NCBI RefSeq assembly: GCF_001194135.2 | Contig: NC_068984.1 | Location: forward strand, 10,591,435-10,655,434 | Origin: Octopus bimaculoides | Lineage: Eukaryota | Reading direction: 5' to 3' | DNA: 64,000 bases | Shown: piece after piece, positions 38,031 to 51,419 of the stretch | Numbering within the stretch: the stretch's first letter is position 1 | Layout: each line of letters starts with the position of its first letter | Made by a program: the position numbers and the translations under genes | Notes under the pieces: generated by a model | Database searches by the model: none | What the model saw: only the letters and a program-made list of their open reading frames with translations | Told to the model about the DNA's origin: nothing

Positions 38031-39934
38031 GGAAACTCAACTTATTTTGCTGGGTATGATGGAAAGTGTCAGCTGTCCACAGCCAGCAGACTAAGGTGAC
38101 ACTTGTTTACTGGTCATGCTTCAAGAACCCTGCGAAGAATTATTCCAGTTCCAAACAATGCAGATTTTTATAGGTGTTCTACCTTTACATTTCTACCTAT
38201 TATTATTACACTCTAGCAATCTATAGAGGATTAGAGGAGGAAAAGTGCAACAATATATTCAGGGAAACTTTGGGCGTTGACGAAGATCAACTGACTGGTC
38301 TGTTCCGAAGGACTTTCGGGCCAGGGCCTATGGATAACTTCCAGAAGTCCCTTGCCTGGTAGTGCTACTGAGGGGTGCTGCCCTTTTGGGATAAACTTTA
38401 CAGGCATGGAAGTGCTGTCATCCGGGCCTGCCCGAGGTGAACGCAGAGCAACGGACAAAATGTTTAACAGCATTTCTTCCAGCTTTTGCATTCTGAATTC
38501 AAATACCACCGAGGTTAACTTCGTTTTTCATCCTTTCCGGGTCAGTAAAAGTTAAAAGTACTGGTCAAGTATTGTATCAGCTGACCACCCCCTTCAAAAC
38601 TGCTGCCTTTGTGCCTTAATTAGAAATCATTGTTATTATTAACATTATCTGTACTAGTTAGAAATAACAGCCAAATCTCCTTCAGATCACACCCTAACAT
38701 GTTTTAAAAAGAAAGAACACATTGGATAAGAAAGTTCTGAATGTACTGTCTGGAAATAAGATGAGACAGTCATAGCTGGGATGTTTTAATCATAATAGCT
38801 CTGATCAATGCTGGCCCGGGGCTAAACATCTACATTTAGTTTTCTAACTTCCTTGCATGACATAACTCCATATTGAAAATTCTAAAAGAATTACAATGGC
38901 ATTATATCTGTTTCTGCATTATGTATTTCTTGCATAAAAAGCCACATCTTTTGAAAGACAGCTTTCTCATTAAACTATAATAGTTCTTAAGTATTGAGGA
39001 AAATTTATTCACCGTCTTATTGTAGCTCATTACTTTGAAACTATTTTTCCTCTTCTAATTCTGTCGTAGCTATTTCTGAGTTAATTTCCCTCTTTAGTGG
39101 AAAATATAACCATGGTATGCATTAGTTTTCATTGAATTTTGAGCAGATGTTATTTATTATTGACTTCATTGTTGTAGATTGAGATAACGAATGAGTTGGC
39201 TGATTTGTTAGCACATTGGGCAAAATGCTGAGTGGCATTTCGTTAGTCCTTACATTCTGAGTTCAAATCCCAACGAGGTTGACTTTGCCTTTCATCCTTT
39301 CAGGGTCGATAAAATAAGGACTAGTCGAGCACTGGGGTTGATTTAATTGAGATAATTCAAGAATGATAATGTGATACTGAAAGCACAAGTTCCACGGGGC
39401 CAGACATAGTGCAAAGTTCATAGACAACAGGTGGACTTTTGCAGTTTCCGAATGGTATCCAAGAGATGAAAAACCGAACCCAGAACCATGTGGTTGGGAA
39501 GCAAGCTTCTTACCTCACAGACCCTCCTCTTTAGCTGTATTAAATTTACTTTCTGCCTTTATATATTCCTTTGTACCGAGTGAATATTTTGACAAGTTAA
39601 CAATAGTTGGTCCTAGTTTAGATCTATTGCTATTGTTATTTACAACTTATGGTCTGTACTTTCATGGACAGATATAGGAATGATCTACTTAAGCAATTTG
39701 GGTTAAGATAGAAAAGAAGGGAGCAATGAAGACAGAATTGGAAGTGCATTGTAACCAGTGGTGTATAACAGCACCTGATGGTCTAGTCAATATGATAATG
39801 TATCTAGGACAACACTGTCAAAATGTCCTTTTTGAAAGATGGTAGGATGTGAATTAAGGGAGATTTGGTTCATTATTTTTAGCAGGGTAAACATCTGCAC
39901 AAGAACCTCTCGCTTTGGTTTCAGAACAAATATA

Positions 39935-40591
39935 TTTTTACTCTTTTACACATTTCAGTCATTTGACTGTAGCCATGTTGGAGCACTGCCTTTAGTCGAA
40001 GAAATCAACCTCGGGACTTATTTGTTGCAAGCCTAGTACTTATTCTGTTGGTCTCTTTTTCTGAACTGCTAAGTTTCAGGGACTTAAACACATTAACATC
40101 AGTTGTCAAGCGATGGTGGGAGGACATTCACATACACACATAAATATATATACATCTATGTTCCTCCCTATGCCTGTCATCTCTTATGTCCCTGCCGTAA
40201 CACTTCACTTCCACACACACCAGCTAAATTTAATTCGCCCTTAGTCGAAAGACACCTGTTGTTATGTCCTGTCATTTCTATTTGTGTACCATTTCTCCGT
40301 TTTTTTTTCCATCCTTGTTTTCGTATACATTTGCTGCTTTCTCCCAAGGAATCTAGTGCTCTTAGCTTAGTTTTTCCTTCAGGCTGGCCAGATTGGAGCA
40401 ATCTCGAGTATAATCAGCCGAAATTGCAGAGATAATCTGGAATTCGACTGAGGAAAGAAAANNNNNNNNNNNNNNNNNNNNNNNNNNNNNNNNNNNNNNN
40501 NNNNNNNNNNNNNNNNNNNNNNNNNNNNNNNNNNNNNNNNNNNNNNNNNNNNNNNNNNNNNNNNNNNNNNNNNNNNNNNNNNNNNNNNNNN

Positions 40592-40625
<34 letters not shown>

Positions 40626-40800
40626 CACACACACACACACACACATGACTGGCTTCTTTCACTTTCTGTCTACCAAATCCACTCACAAGGCTTTGGTTGG
40701 CCTGAGGCTATAGTGGAAGACACTTGCCCAAGCTATCACGCAGTTGAACTGAACCTGGAACCATGTGGTTGGGAAACATGCTTCTTACCACATAGCCACA
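39935..40800 (-). mobile_element. SINE family A with an unrelated insert (about 40145-40461) and a gap in its microsatellite
   Basis: Tail 39935-40140 and head 40620-40800 flank the insert. Confidence 0.85.
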
Positions 40801-41380
40801 CCTCTTTGGTTAGGTTAAATTTACTTTCCACCTTTATATATATTCCTTTGTATTGAGTGAATATTTTGACAAATTAACAATAGTTCATCTGAGTTTAAAT
40901 CTATTGCTGTTGTTATATATATCTCACGGTCTGTACTTTCATAGACAGATATCGGAAACAATTAGCTTCTAATGAAGGGAATTTATCATTGGTATTTGAG
41001 AGTTAAACATGACACCAGACTGAAATTTCCTGTTTAGACAGATTTACTGTTGTTTTTGATTTGCCAGATCCTGTTATTAGTTTAACCCTTCAACTGCAGT
41101 AATTCTGACATCAGCAATCTCACAATCTGGTGTGAATATTTTAATTACTTCCATTAGGTCAAAGAGTAGAAAGTTTCTACTGTGTTATATGAAACTTTAA
41201 TTGTCACGTAATTTGAATCACAGCTTGTAATGCAAGGCTCTCCTTTCTGCAGTGTGAATGCTGGACAATATAGTGTCCTACCACAGAACTTAAATTTGAT
41301 ATCGAAAAGATTTTTACTTTTTGTCTTTAAAAAAATTCTGGTTCAAAATAAGTCCAAATTTTTAAATATAATAGATATAT

Positions 41381-41559
41381 AGGTGCAGGAGTGGCTGTGT
41401 GGTAAGTAGCTTGCTTACCAACCACATGGTTCCAGATTCAGTCCCACTGCATGGAACCTTGGGCAAGTGTCTTCTATTATAAGCCTTGAGCCAACCAAAG
41501 CCTTGTGAGTGGATTTGGTAGATGGAAATGGAAAGAAGCCTGTTGTGTGTGTGTGTGTG

Positions 41560-41570
<11 letters not shown>
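41381..41570 (+). mobile_element. SINE family A head
   Basis: A and B boxes intact. Confidence 0.9.
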
Positions 41571-41603
<33 letters not shown>

Positions 41604-41627
41604 GGTTTGGAGGTGATGTACAGGTAT

Positions 41628-41927
41628 TATATATTAGAAAAAATAATAAGGTATTCAGAGATCTGGATGGTTGTACATTTACAGATTTTTATTAATATGT
41701 CACATTGTTTTTATAAATCATATATTAGCGCTTGCATCTACTCTAATAGATTCTTCTGAATAATCTATTAGAGTAGATGCAAGCACTAATATATGATTTA
41801 TAAAAGAATCTATTAGAGTAGATGCAAGCGCTAATATATGATTTATAAAAACACGTGACATATTAATAAAAATCTGTTAATGTACATCCATCCAGATCTC
41901 TGAGTACCTTATTTTTTCTAATATATA
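41628..41927. repeat. Foldback element with about 125 bp arms, next to (TA)n
   Basis: Left arm 41628-41753, right arm 41806-41927 (about 95% complementary by eye), extra 44 bp partial arm 41762-41805. Confidence 0.9.
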
Positions 41928-41937
41928 TATATAAGTA

Positions 41938-42452
41938 TTTGGGAGGGTTGTGAGATCGCGAATAACTCATTTCCTTGAAGACAACAATCTGCTGAACCTC
42001 AACTAGCATAGTTTCCATGATGGCAGGAACTGCCTGTCGCAGGTTCTGCACCATTTTGATGACATCTTAAAAGCATTTGGAGAAGATTCCAACACTGACT
42101 TCATATACTTTGGTACTTTGGTTTCAGCAAGGCATTTGACAAAGTGGACCACAAAATCCTGCTGAAGAAACTATGCAACATTGGAGTCTGTGGAAAGCTG
42201 CCACAGTGGATTAAGTGTTGCCTGATGAACAGGACCCAACATGTTGTGTTTGAGGGAATACGATCCAGCTCAGCCAAAATCAGTAGTGGTGACCCACAAG
42301 GTACTGTGTTGGGCCCATTCCTCTTCATTATTTACATCAACGACATTGTAGATGTCATCAAACATTTTATTTTGAAAATATTTGCAGATGATTCCAAACT
42401 CCAGAAAGCCATGAATGGCATGGGAGACCGAACATGCTTTCAGTCAGATCTG
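41938..42452 (+). mobile_element. CR1/L2-type LINE reverse transcriptase fragment, decayed
   Basis: ..FHDGRNCLSQVLHHFDDI.., FSKAFDKVDH, SGDPQGTVLGPFLFIIYIND, FADDSKL; one stop and a frameshift; truncated by a SINE at 42453. Confidence 0.92.
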
Positions 42453-42580
42453 TTTTGCCAGCTGAGTGGACTGGAGCAATGTGAAATAAAGTGTCTTGTT
42501 TAAGCACACACTGTACTGCCAGGAATCGCACTCATGACCTTACATTCATGAACCAAACACACTAACCACTAAGCCATGCC
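42453..42580 (-). mobile_element. tRNA-headed SINE, sibling of 25607-25795
   Basis: Reverse complement similarity. Confidence 0.7.
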
Positions 42581-43165
42581 TGTCATCTCTTATGTCACTG
42601 ATGTCAAGACAAGGATATAGACACACACACACACACACACACACGCGCGCGCGTGCACACAGTGGGCTTCTTCCAAATTCTGCCGACAAATCCCGTCTTT
42701 GGTCATCCTGGGACTATAATAGAAAACACGTGCAGTAGGGCTGAACCTGAGACCATGTAGCTAGGAAACATGCTTCTTAACCATAGAGCTACACCTATAA
42801 AATGCGGTGGTGCACCAGCATGACCGCAGCCACTTGGCTGAAACACATAAATAAATAAATAAAATATAAATGAAGTCTAACAGAGTATGCAAACGTGTGT
42901 GTGTGTGTGTACATGCATATGTATGTAGAAAATAGCTAAAACTTTAAAATATCGTCGTTCTGTAATGCTATCTGAGAGCCCGGACAAGGTAGGAATTAAC
43001 ATCCTGAATCTTAATGAGCATGGCTATGTTCAGTAAATTTATGGTTCAGCTCACACGGGGAGAATATCACATTTTATTGCTGCCAAATGCTCACTAATTA
43101 ATTGTATAAATAATTTAACTCTCAATTTCTTTGCACACGTGCACACACACGTTTGTATGCATGCA

Positions 43166-43201
<36 letters not shown>

Positions 43202-43202
43202 C

Positions 43203-43260
<58 letters not shown>

Positions 43261-43664
43261 TGTGTGTGTGTGTGTGCATGTGTACACAATATTTTGAAAC
43301 TGAATCCTCACAAGTTACAATTGCTAGTTTCACTTCCTGATTCAAACACTCGTATACACACACACACACACACATATATTACACGCATGCATGCACACGC
43401 AAATACATACACACGTATACATATTTATGCATAAACGCAGGCACATATACGCGAATAATGTTTGCATATGTAAAATTTAAAATCTATTTCATTGCTTAGA
43501 AATCTATTCAAAATGTATATTAAACATAAATGTCACCATAAACAAAGTAACCAAAACAAAAGACAAAAACGAAAAAAAAAAAAAACCAAGCCATTTGTTG
43601 AGTCTCAAAACCATATTTACCGTGTTTCTGTGACTCAATATGCCACCAATATTACAATGTTTTA

Positions 43665-44185
43665 AAGGCGGCGAGCTGGCAGAAGTGTTAGCACACCAGG
43701 TGAAATGCTTAGCGGTATTTTGTCTATCTTTACATTCTGAGTTCAAATTCTGCTGAGTGTCAACTTTGCCTTTCATCATTTCAGGGTCGGGGTTGATACA
43801 TTGATACATTTTGAGACTTGTACCTTGAGTAGAAAAGAATATTAAAATATTTTTCAAGAATGTGTTACCATATTTGTGTTGAAATACATTAGTTTTGGTT
43901 CAGTGCGTGGCAAAGAAATTAGCTTTCCAACCGAGGGCTTAGCTGTTTATATCAATTTATCCATACATCATCATCATCGTTTAACGTCCTCTTTCCATGC
44001 TAGCATGGGTTGGACGATTTGACTGAGGTCTGGCGAACCAGATGGCTGCACCAGGCTCCAATCTGATCTGGCAGAGTTTCTACAGCTGGGTGCCCTTCTC
44101 AACGCCAACCACTCCGAGAGTGGGTGCTTTTACGTACCACCAGCACAAGGGCCAGTCAGGTGATACTGGCAACGGCCACGCTCAT
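43665..44185. mobile_element. SINE family C (+, 43665-43840) and family B tail (-, 43968-44185)
   Basis: Matches to other copies. Confidence 0.82.
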
Positions 44186-44267
44186 ATCTATATATNNNNN
44201 NNNNNNNNNNNNNNNNNNNNNNNNNNNNNNNNNNNNNNNNNNNNNNNNNNNNNNNNNNNNNNNNNNN

Positions 44268-44301
<34 letters not shown>

Positions 44302-44358
44302 CGTATGAGAGAGAGAGAGATGTGTTTATGCTGTCTCACTGTCTTGTAGCTAGCTTAC

Positions 44359-44544
44359 TGTTGACAGAGATCAATAAGCTAAGTACCAACCTACAATCCA
44401 TATTTGGGTCAATAGGATCAATTGAAACCCTCCAAAGCAATGTCTGAAAAATGATTTTATTATCTCCTGCATCATCAACTTTTGTCTTAATATCAATTTT
44501 TTCGAATGCAGTGGGGGAACAATTACTTCTCTTAGGCTTAAGAG
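44359..44544 (-). CDS. Candidate exon, product unknown (..AFEKIDIKTKVDDAGDNKIIFQTLLWRVSIDPIDPNMDCRLVLSLLISVN)
   Basis: 61 open codons in AT-rich unique DNA ending at a GTAAGC donor; weak acceptor. Confidence 0.25.
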
Positions 44545-44972
44545 CTTATATGTACAATACTGTTTTCCTATATCAGTTGTGACAGATTTTCCCTTAGAAT
44601 GCCAGTAGAAGTGAATACATGTTGTTGACAAAATCCAACCAGGCAGAATTACAAATCTAACGTTATCACCATTTGCTTTTCTTCTGCTACTGGTGTATTT
44701 GTGTTTTTAAACATGGTATGTCCACGAATACCTCTGTTCATTTCATTTGCTTTTTTGTGATGGTTCTGCATCAAGTATGACATACAGATGTTTGTGTATT
44801 GTCATCATTATTTAAAATTCATTTTCCATGCTGGCATGGGTTGGACGATTTGATAGGAACTGACAAGTTCTATTGTCTGCTTTGTCATGGTTTCTATAGC
44901 TAAATACCCTTCCTAGCAGATAACAAATCATTAAAGATCTGTTAAAGAACTTTCTTTGTCTTCTTCTTATTT

Positions 44973-45018
<46 letters not shown>

Positions 45019-45038
45019 CATACACACATATATATATA

Positions 45039-46283
45039 CAGGATGTTCTGAAATTAAGGCAATCGAATTTTCAGGCTTTAATAACTATCAATAAATGTGA
45101 TAAGATATGAAAATTATTCATCATTATAAAAGCTTAGTGTGTTTTCTTTTTGTTTCAGACTAAATAAATTCAGATTTATAAATTAGATAACGGCTATAGA
45201 CCGAAATACAATCATAATCCTCCACAAAGGAGATGAAAGTAATACAGCTACAGCATAAAGCTTAAAATTAACCAAACAACAGTCTGGAAAATTGTCAAGA
45301 AATTTCAAGAGATTGGTTCTACCAACGATCAACCCGGACATGACTGTACGACTGAAAGTGTGTGGACCCCTTAGCTTATCAAAAGTACTAGAGAAAAGAT
45401 ATGGCGAAATCATCATTATTCTGTCAGAAAACTGGCTGCCACAGCAAAAATAACCTGAACATTGATATATCAAGTGCTGAAGGAGAATCTCAGGACTTGC
45501 CCCAACAAGATGAACTCACACAAGTTTATAAAGCCATGAAACTGGAGAGAAGTCATTTTATCCTGCGTCAGATTGCTGAAGACACACTGCCCAACCTGGT
45601 GTTTACTGATGAAAAGAAATTTGACATCGAACAGACAGTAAACCACCGGAATGACTGACGTTGGAGTGTATCTTGCTCCTTCAAGGGTACACTCTTAAAT
45701 TGATGTCAAAATCCACAGTCAGTTATGGTTTGGGCGGCTGTGGCAGCCACTGGAAGGTCTACCCTCGTTTTTGTGCCCTTATGTGTGAAAATTAACACCC
45801 AGCGATACATTAGCTGTATTCTGGAAGTTGAACTGCTTCCATGGGTGAATGAGCAGTTTCAGGGTGCACCTTGGAGCCTCCAACAGGACTTGGTACCATC
45901 CCACAGCTCCAAACAGACACAATGCTGGATTCAGCAAAACATTCTATTGTTCATAGGCAAGGATGTATGGCTCTGAAGAAGCCCCGATCTCAATCCATTG
46001 GATTTTTGGAGCACTCCTCATGTTTCACTCGACTCTCTGCAGGCAAAACTACACCAAGAATAGGCTTTGATTCCATAAAACAACTGTGTGCCATGTATGA
46101 AGCATTCACACTTGTACTTAAGGCTGTGATTCGAAACAGAGGTAGTCATATCAAATAAATGTGGTAGTGTCATAATTGTGTTTCCTTTACCATTGCACTA
46201 CAAACACTCGGACCCAAAATATAACAATATTTTGCTTTAGTAAAATTGAAAAAATTTGGTTGCCTTAATTTTGGGACACCCTG
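45039..46283 (+). mobile_element. Full-length decayed Tc1/mariner transposon, DD37D (maT) class
   Basis: TA on both flanks; 26 bp TIRs caggatgttctgaaattaaggcaatc / cagggtgtcccaaaattaaggcaacc (5 mismatches); FTDEKKF, QQD and SPDLNPLDF with 37 residues between the second and third D; multiple stops. Confidence 0.92.
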
Positions 46284-48009
46284 TATGTACGTGTATGTAT
46301 ATATGTATATTATACACACACATACACACACAGGATGGTCTACTTCCAGTTTCTGTGTACCAAACCAACTCACAATGTTTGTATAGCTTGTTTTTACAAG
46401 TTTGCATGGTTTGATGCTTCTGTAAATACAAATATTTTAAAGAATTTTTAAAACAATTATTTCCATAGAGTTAATCTCTTCTATGATATCAAATATTCAA
46501 CAATGAAACAATTTCGAAAAGTAGAGAGAGATAGAACGGAAAAGAAAGAAGTGGAGGAAGCAAAGAAAGGAAGATAAAAGAAAAGGAGGGAAATGAGAAT
46601 GAATAGGAGAAAGAGAGAGAGAGAGAGAGAGAGATAGCATGACAACATGGCTAAACAACTGTATTTTGTAGTACAACAGTGCAAGAGATATGTTGCTCAT
46701 TTTGTTGTTGTATAACTCCAGATCAATCTTGAGCCAAGGCACATCAGTCATTATACAGAAGATTACATTATCTCATCATCACATCATCATTCAGTGTTTG
46801 TTTTCTATGCTGGCATGGGTTGGACAGCTCGATAGGAGCTGGTAAGCCAGAAAGCTGCACCGAGCTCCAGTTGTCTGCTTCGGCATGGTTTCTAGCGTCA
46901 GTCATTTTTCAAAGTGTATTGGGTACCTCTTATGTGGCACCAGCAATAATTTTATAAGATGGCATAGTGTGAGACAAGCATGACTGCTACTTCAAGTAAG
47001 TCAACCATAAAGAAGTATTCATACTGGTTCTTGGGAGTGATATCCAGATGCTTATGGTGGTTATTGTGCCTGCTATCAGTAGGAAATTCCTCAGAGGTTT
47101 CCAGAACTGGGAAAAGGCACATCAATATGCTTCATATCACACTCATTCCAGGAATGTTCTCTGAGATGGAAGTTTATCATTCAGCTTTAATGATAATGAC
47201 CAAACCCCTAAACAGACCCCTGTAGTTTCTGGAAAAAACCAAAAAAATAAAAGGCTTGAAGTGGAAGGAATTTAGATTTAAACACGTTTTCCAATCTTAT
47301 CTGAAGCCAAAACGGTTATGGTTCAGACTAGATTAGATACTAAGGTATATATCACTTGCAACGAGATAGATTCTTTAGGTAAGTCACTCCTTTTGCTGTT
47401 CGTTGTCTTTGCTGTGGAAATGGTGAAATAGGAAACGGTGTTTACAATGTTTAATGCACCTTAATACCATGTCTAAACTGCCAAAATAAATAAATAAATG
47501 AATGTAATCGGTAAACATTGGATTATCTCACAAATCCTAATATATTTCAATTTAAAAGAATGTGCAGTGAGAAAGAAAGCCAAGTTGTTTAATATTTCAT
47601 GTTTGTGTTGTATGAATGAATGAGAAGGATAGGAGTAAGAAGGTGGAAAAGGAGTGAGCGTGAGTGAGTCGACGTGGGGTGATATAGAGGAGTGTATGAG
47701 AAAGAGGGGAAGAGCTGCATGAGAAAGGCGAGGAGGAATAGATAAGGAACTGTTAAAAGCAAGCCTGACTAACCAAAGCTGAATGATTGATGTATGTTAG
47801 TGCTGTTGCTGGGTGTGGTGTAATAAACACACAGGCATAAAATATACACACTTTTGAAATGTAGAGTAGAAGTAATAAAGAGAAACAGAACATATTTGTA
47901 ATTCTGATGCATCACACCTGTCCCTACCTGAACTTTGATAAGAAACTCTAAAGACAAGTATTATATGTTTCCTCCTCTTGTGAAGAGGATTTGATTTTGG
48001 TACTGTCAG

Positions 48010-48260
48010 TCACTGAACTGCTTTTATTCTTTTATTTGTTTCAGTCATTTGACTGCGGCCATGCTGGAGCACCGCTTTTAGTCTTACAAATTGACACCCC
48101 CCCCCCCCCTCTGGACTTATTCTTTGTAAGCCTAGTACTTATTCTGTTGGTTTCTTTTGCCAACCCGCTAAGTTATGGGGATGTAAACACACCAGCATCG
48201 GTTGTCAAGCAATGGTGGTGGTGTGGGGGGGGGGGGACAAACATAGACACACGAACATAT
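48010..48260 (-). mobile_element. SINE family A 3' half
   Basis: Reverse complement of tail. Confidence 0.88.
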
Positions 48261-48269
48261 ACACATACA

Positions 48270-48935
48270 TCATCATCATTGTTTAATATCCATTTTACAT
48301 GCTGGCATGGTGTAGACGGTTTGACTGGGGACTGGCAAGCCAGGCTCCAATCTGATCTGGCAGAGTTTCTACAACTGGATGTCCTTCCTAACGCCAACCA
48401 CTCCAAGAGTGTAATGGGTGCTTTTTACATGCCACTTGGCATGGCAGCCAGTCGGGCGGCACTAGCATCGGCCACATTCGGACGGTGCTTTTTACATGCC
48501 ACCAGCACAGGAGCCAGTCAGGGCAGGTGGGCTAGTATCGACCACGTTCAGGTGGTGCTTTTTACATGTCACCAACACGGGGGAGCCAGTCAGGTGGCTC
48601 TGACAGCAACTCATGCATGGATGGTGCTTATTGCGTGCCACCAGCACTGGCAATGGCCACAACTACAATTTCTATTTGATTTTGATTTTACTTGACTCAA
48701 TAGGTCTCCTCAAGTACGGCATGTTGCCCAATGATTCAAAGGTACTTTTTAAATGGGCTGGTTATGCAACACTGGTGTGGGCTATGGCTGTGACATCACT
48801 TTCCTTGCCGAGTCTTCTCAATCACAGCATATCTCCAGAGGTCTCGGTCTTTCGTCATTTCTTCTGTGAGGCCCAAAGTTCAATGGTCATGCTTCACCAC
48901 CTCATCCCGTGTCTTCCTGGGTCTCCCGCTTCCAC
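48270..48935 (-). mobile_element. Family B longest copy: RTE ORF C-terminus, 3' UTR VNTR and tail
   Basis: Minus 48935-48796 reads GSGRPRKTRDEVVKHDH*TLGLTEEMTKDRDLWRYAVIEKTRQGK*, a typical RTE C-terminus. Confidence 0.9.
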
Positions 48936-48937
48936 AG

Positions 48938-48959
<22 letters not shown>

Positions 48960-48976
<17 letters not shown>

Positions 48977-49975
48977 CACGACAAGCTTCTTTCAGTTTCT
49001 GTCTACCAAATCCACTCACAAGGCTTTAGTCGACCTGAGGCTGTAGTAGAATACACTTGCCCAAGATACCACGCAGTGAGACTGAACCCGGCACCATGTG
49101 GTTGGTAAGCAAGCTTCTTACCACATAACCACGTCTATGCCTGCTGTTCAATTTTTTATCACTTATAGGTGCAATTGTGGTTGTATGGATAAAAAGTTTT
49201 CTTCTCAACCACGAAGTTTTGTGTTTAGTCCCCACTGTGTGATACCTTGGGTGTCTTCCACTATAAGCACTGGGCCAACCAAAGCCTCAGGAGAGGATTT
49301 GGTGGTGAGGAATTGAAAGAAGCCAGTTGTATATATAATATGTGTGTGTGTGTGTATGTTTGTTTCCTTGTCTTGATTTAGCATGATAGCCGTAAACGAG
49401 TGTCACTGCTATACAAGCAGTGTTGTTTATTTCTAATATTCAGCAAAACAGGTCTGGTAAGGGGGGAAACAAGTAATGGTTGATAACAGGAAGAGAATCT
49501 AGCCTTAGAAAATCTGCCGCATTAAACTCCATCTGATCCATGCAAACATGGAAAAGTGGATGTTAAAACTATACTGATGATGGCACACACAGAAATGCAA
49601 AATTTTGTTGAGGATCAAATATCCTCACACTCGATATTTATCTTTTTATTTTTTACTTGTTTCAATCATAAGACTGTGGCCATGCTGGGCCACCACCTAG
49701 AACAATTTTTGTCAAATGAATTGATTCCAGTACGTTTTTTTTTTATTACTTTTAGGCCTCGTGCTTATTCTATTGGTCTCTTTTGCCAAACTGTTAAGTT
49801 ACAGGGATGTAAACACAGCAACACTAGTCATCTTTCCATTTAACAAATCTGTTCACAAGGCTTTGGTCGACCCAAGGCTATAGAAGAAAACACTTGCCCA
49901 AGGTGCCACACAGTAGGACTGAACCTGGAACCATGTGGTTCGGAAGCAAACTTCTTACCACACAGCTACACCATT
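48960..49975. mobile_element. SINE cluster: A head (-, 48960-49140), A-prime variant (+, 49160-49585), A (-, 49640-49975)
   Basis: Matches to other copies. Confidence 0.82.
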
Positions 49976-51419
49976 GAAATATTTCTTCAGACACAGTCGT
50001 AGGTTAATTGTCGTATTACTATTTTTAGATACAAAAAGAAAAAAGAAATTAATAAATAAAAGCCAAAAATAAGACCAAACCGAAGCAGATGATCAATAAC
50101 TTTTATCAAACATTAATATGTTATTTATATTAATCTTTAAAATTTTTTTTAATGTTTTTCTAGTTGGATTCTATCTGTTAGTCAATCAATCTTAACAAGA
50201 AATTTTAAGGCTTCTATTCAATAAAAGAGAATTACCAGAAAACATTCCATCACAATTCCATAATAATACCGCCGATATCTTTATTGGTAATTCCTACTAT
50301 TCATTTGTGTTATTTTTTTATTGGTCGAGAATTACTTCATTGTTCGACTCCATTTTCATTCCGTCTTCTCCCCCTAGAAGGCTAGTCTACGACTTCTGAA
50401 ATAGTTTGATATAATCGATGTTTAAAGTCATTTCCCACCCACCCTCATGTCTTGCCACCCCATAAAATCAAAGCAAAATTTCTTTGGAAATATCGAGGAA
50501 ATACTTCGTATGTTACACTTGATCTTCAAAACTTCAGATTACGTTCTTATGAAGATCACCTCGTGATAAAATTCTTGTTATAGGAAATTTTTAACCAAGG
50601 AAAATTGAAGGCAGTTATTGTATTTCTTACCCTCTTTTGGTTCTATTTGTTTTTTGTTTTTTTTATTGTATTTATATTGTTGTTCTACTCAGCTTATTTC
50701 GGTAAAATAATTCCAATATAGAATTATAAAGAATCATTACAGAATTTGGTGTAGAAAGATTAAGAAGCGAAACAATTTGTCATCACCACCATTGTCAATA
50801 TCATCATCATCATCATCATTGTCATTGCCATCAGTTAATATCATCATCATCATCATAACCAGCAGTTAATATCATCATTATCATCATCATAACCATCAGT
50901 TAACATCCTTATCATCATCATTGTCATCATCATCATCATAGCCATCATTAAATATCATCATCATCATCATCATTATCATCTTCATCATCTTCGTCTTCTT
51001 CATCCTCATCCTTCTCATCACCAATATTGGTTTCACATTTTGGCAACAGGGCCAGCAATTTTGAGGGAGAATGTTAAGTCGATCACATTGACCCCTAATG
51101 ATCAACTGGTACTTATTTTATCAACTTTGAAAGGATTAAAGGCAAATTCTACTTCAACAGAGTTTGAACTCAGAAAGTAAAGATGTTGCTAAGCATTTTT
51201 ACCTGATGTGCTAACGATTCTGTCAGCTCACCACATTTTCAGTATTATTACCTTCATCATCAATATCATCATCATCACCATCATTTCTTATTTTAACAAA
51301 ACCAAGTGGTGCAGACAATAAAGATATGTTTTATGAACCTTTTGTCTGTTTTGCTGTCTCCTGTGTCCAGAATGCAAACATTCACGTAGGCACATACATA
51401 AAAATATACATACACAACA

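Noticed and set aside
45606-45625. CTGATGA motifs at 45607 and at about 49572
   Set aside because: First is transposase FTDEK codons; second is a (GAT)n tail junction with no supporting helices.
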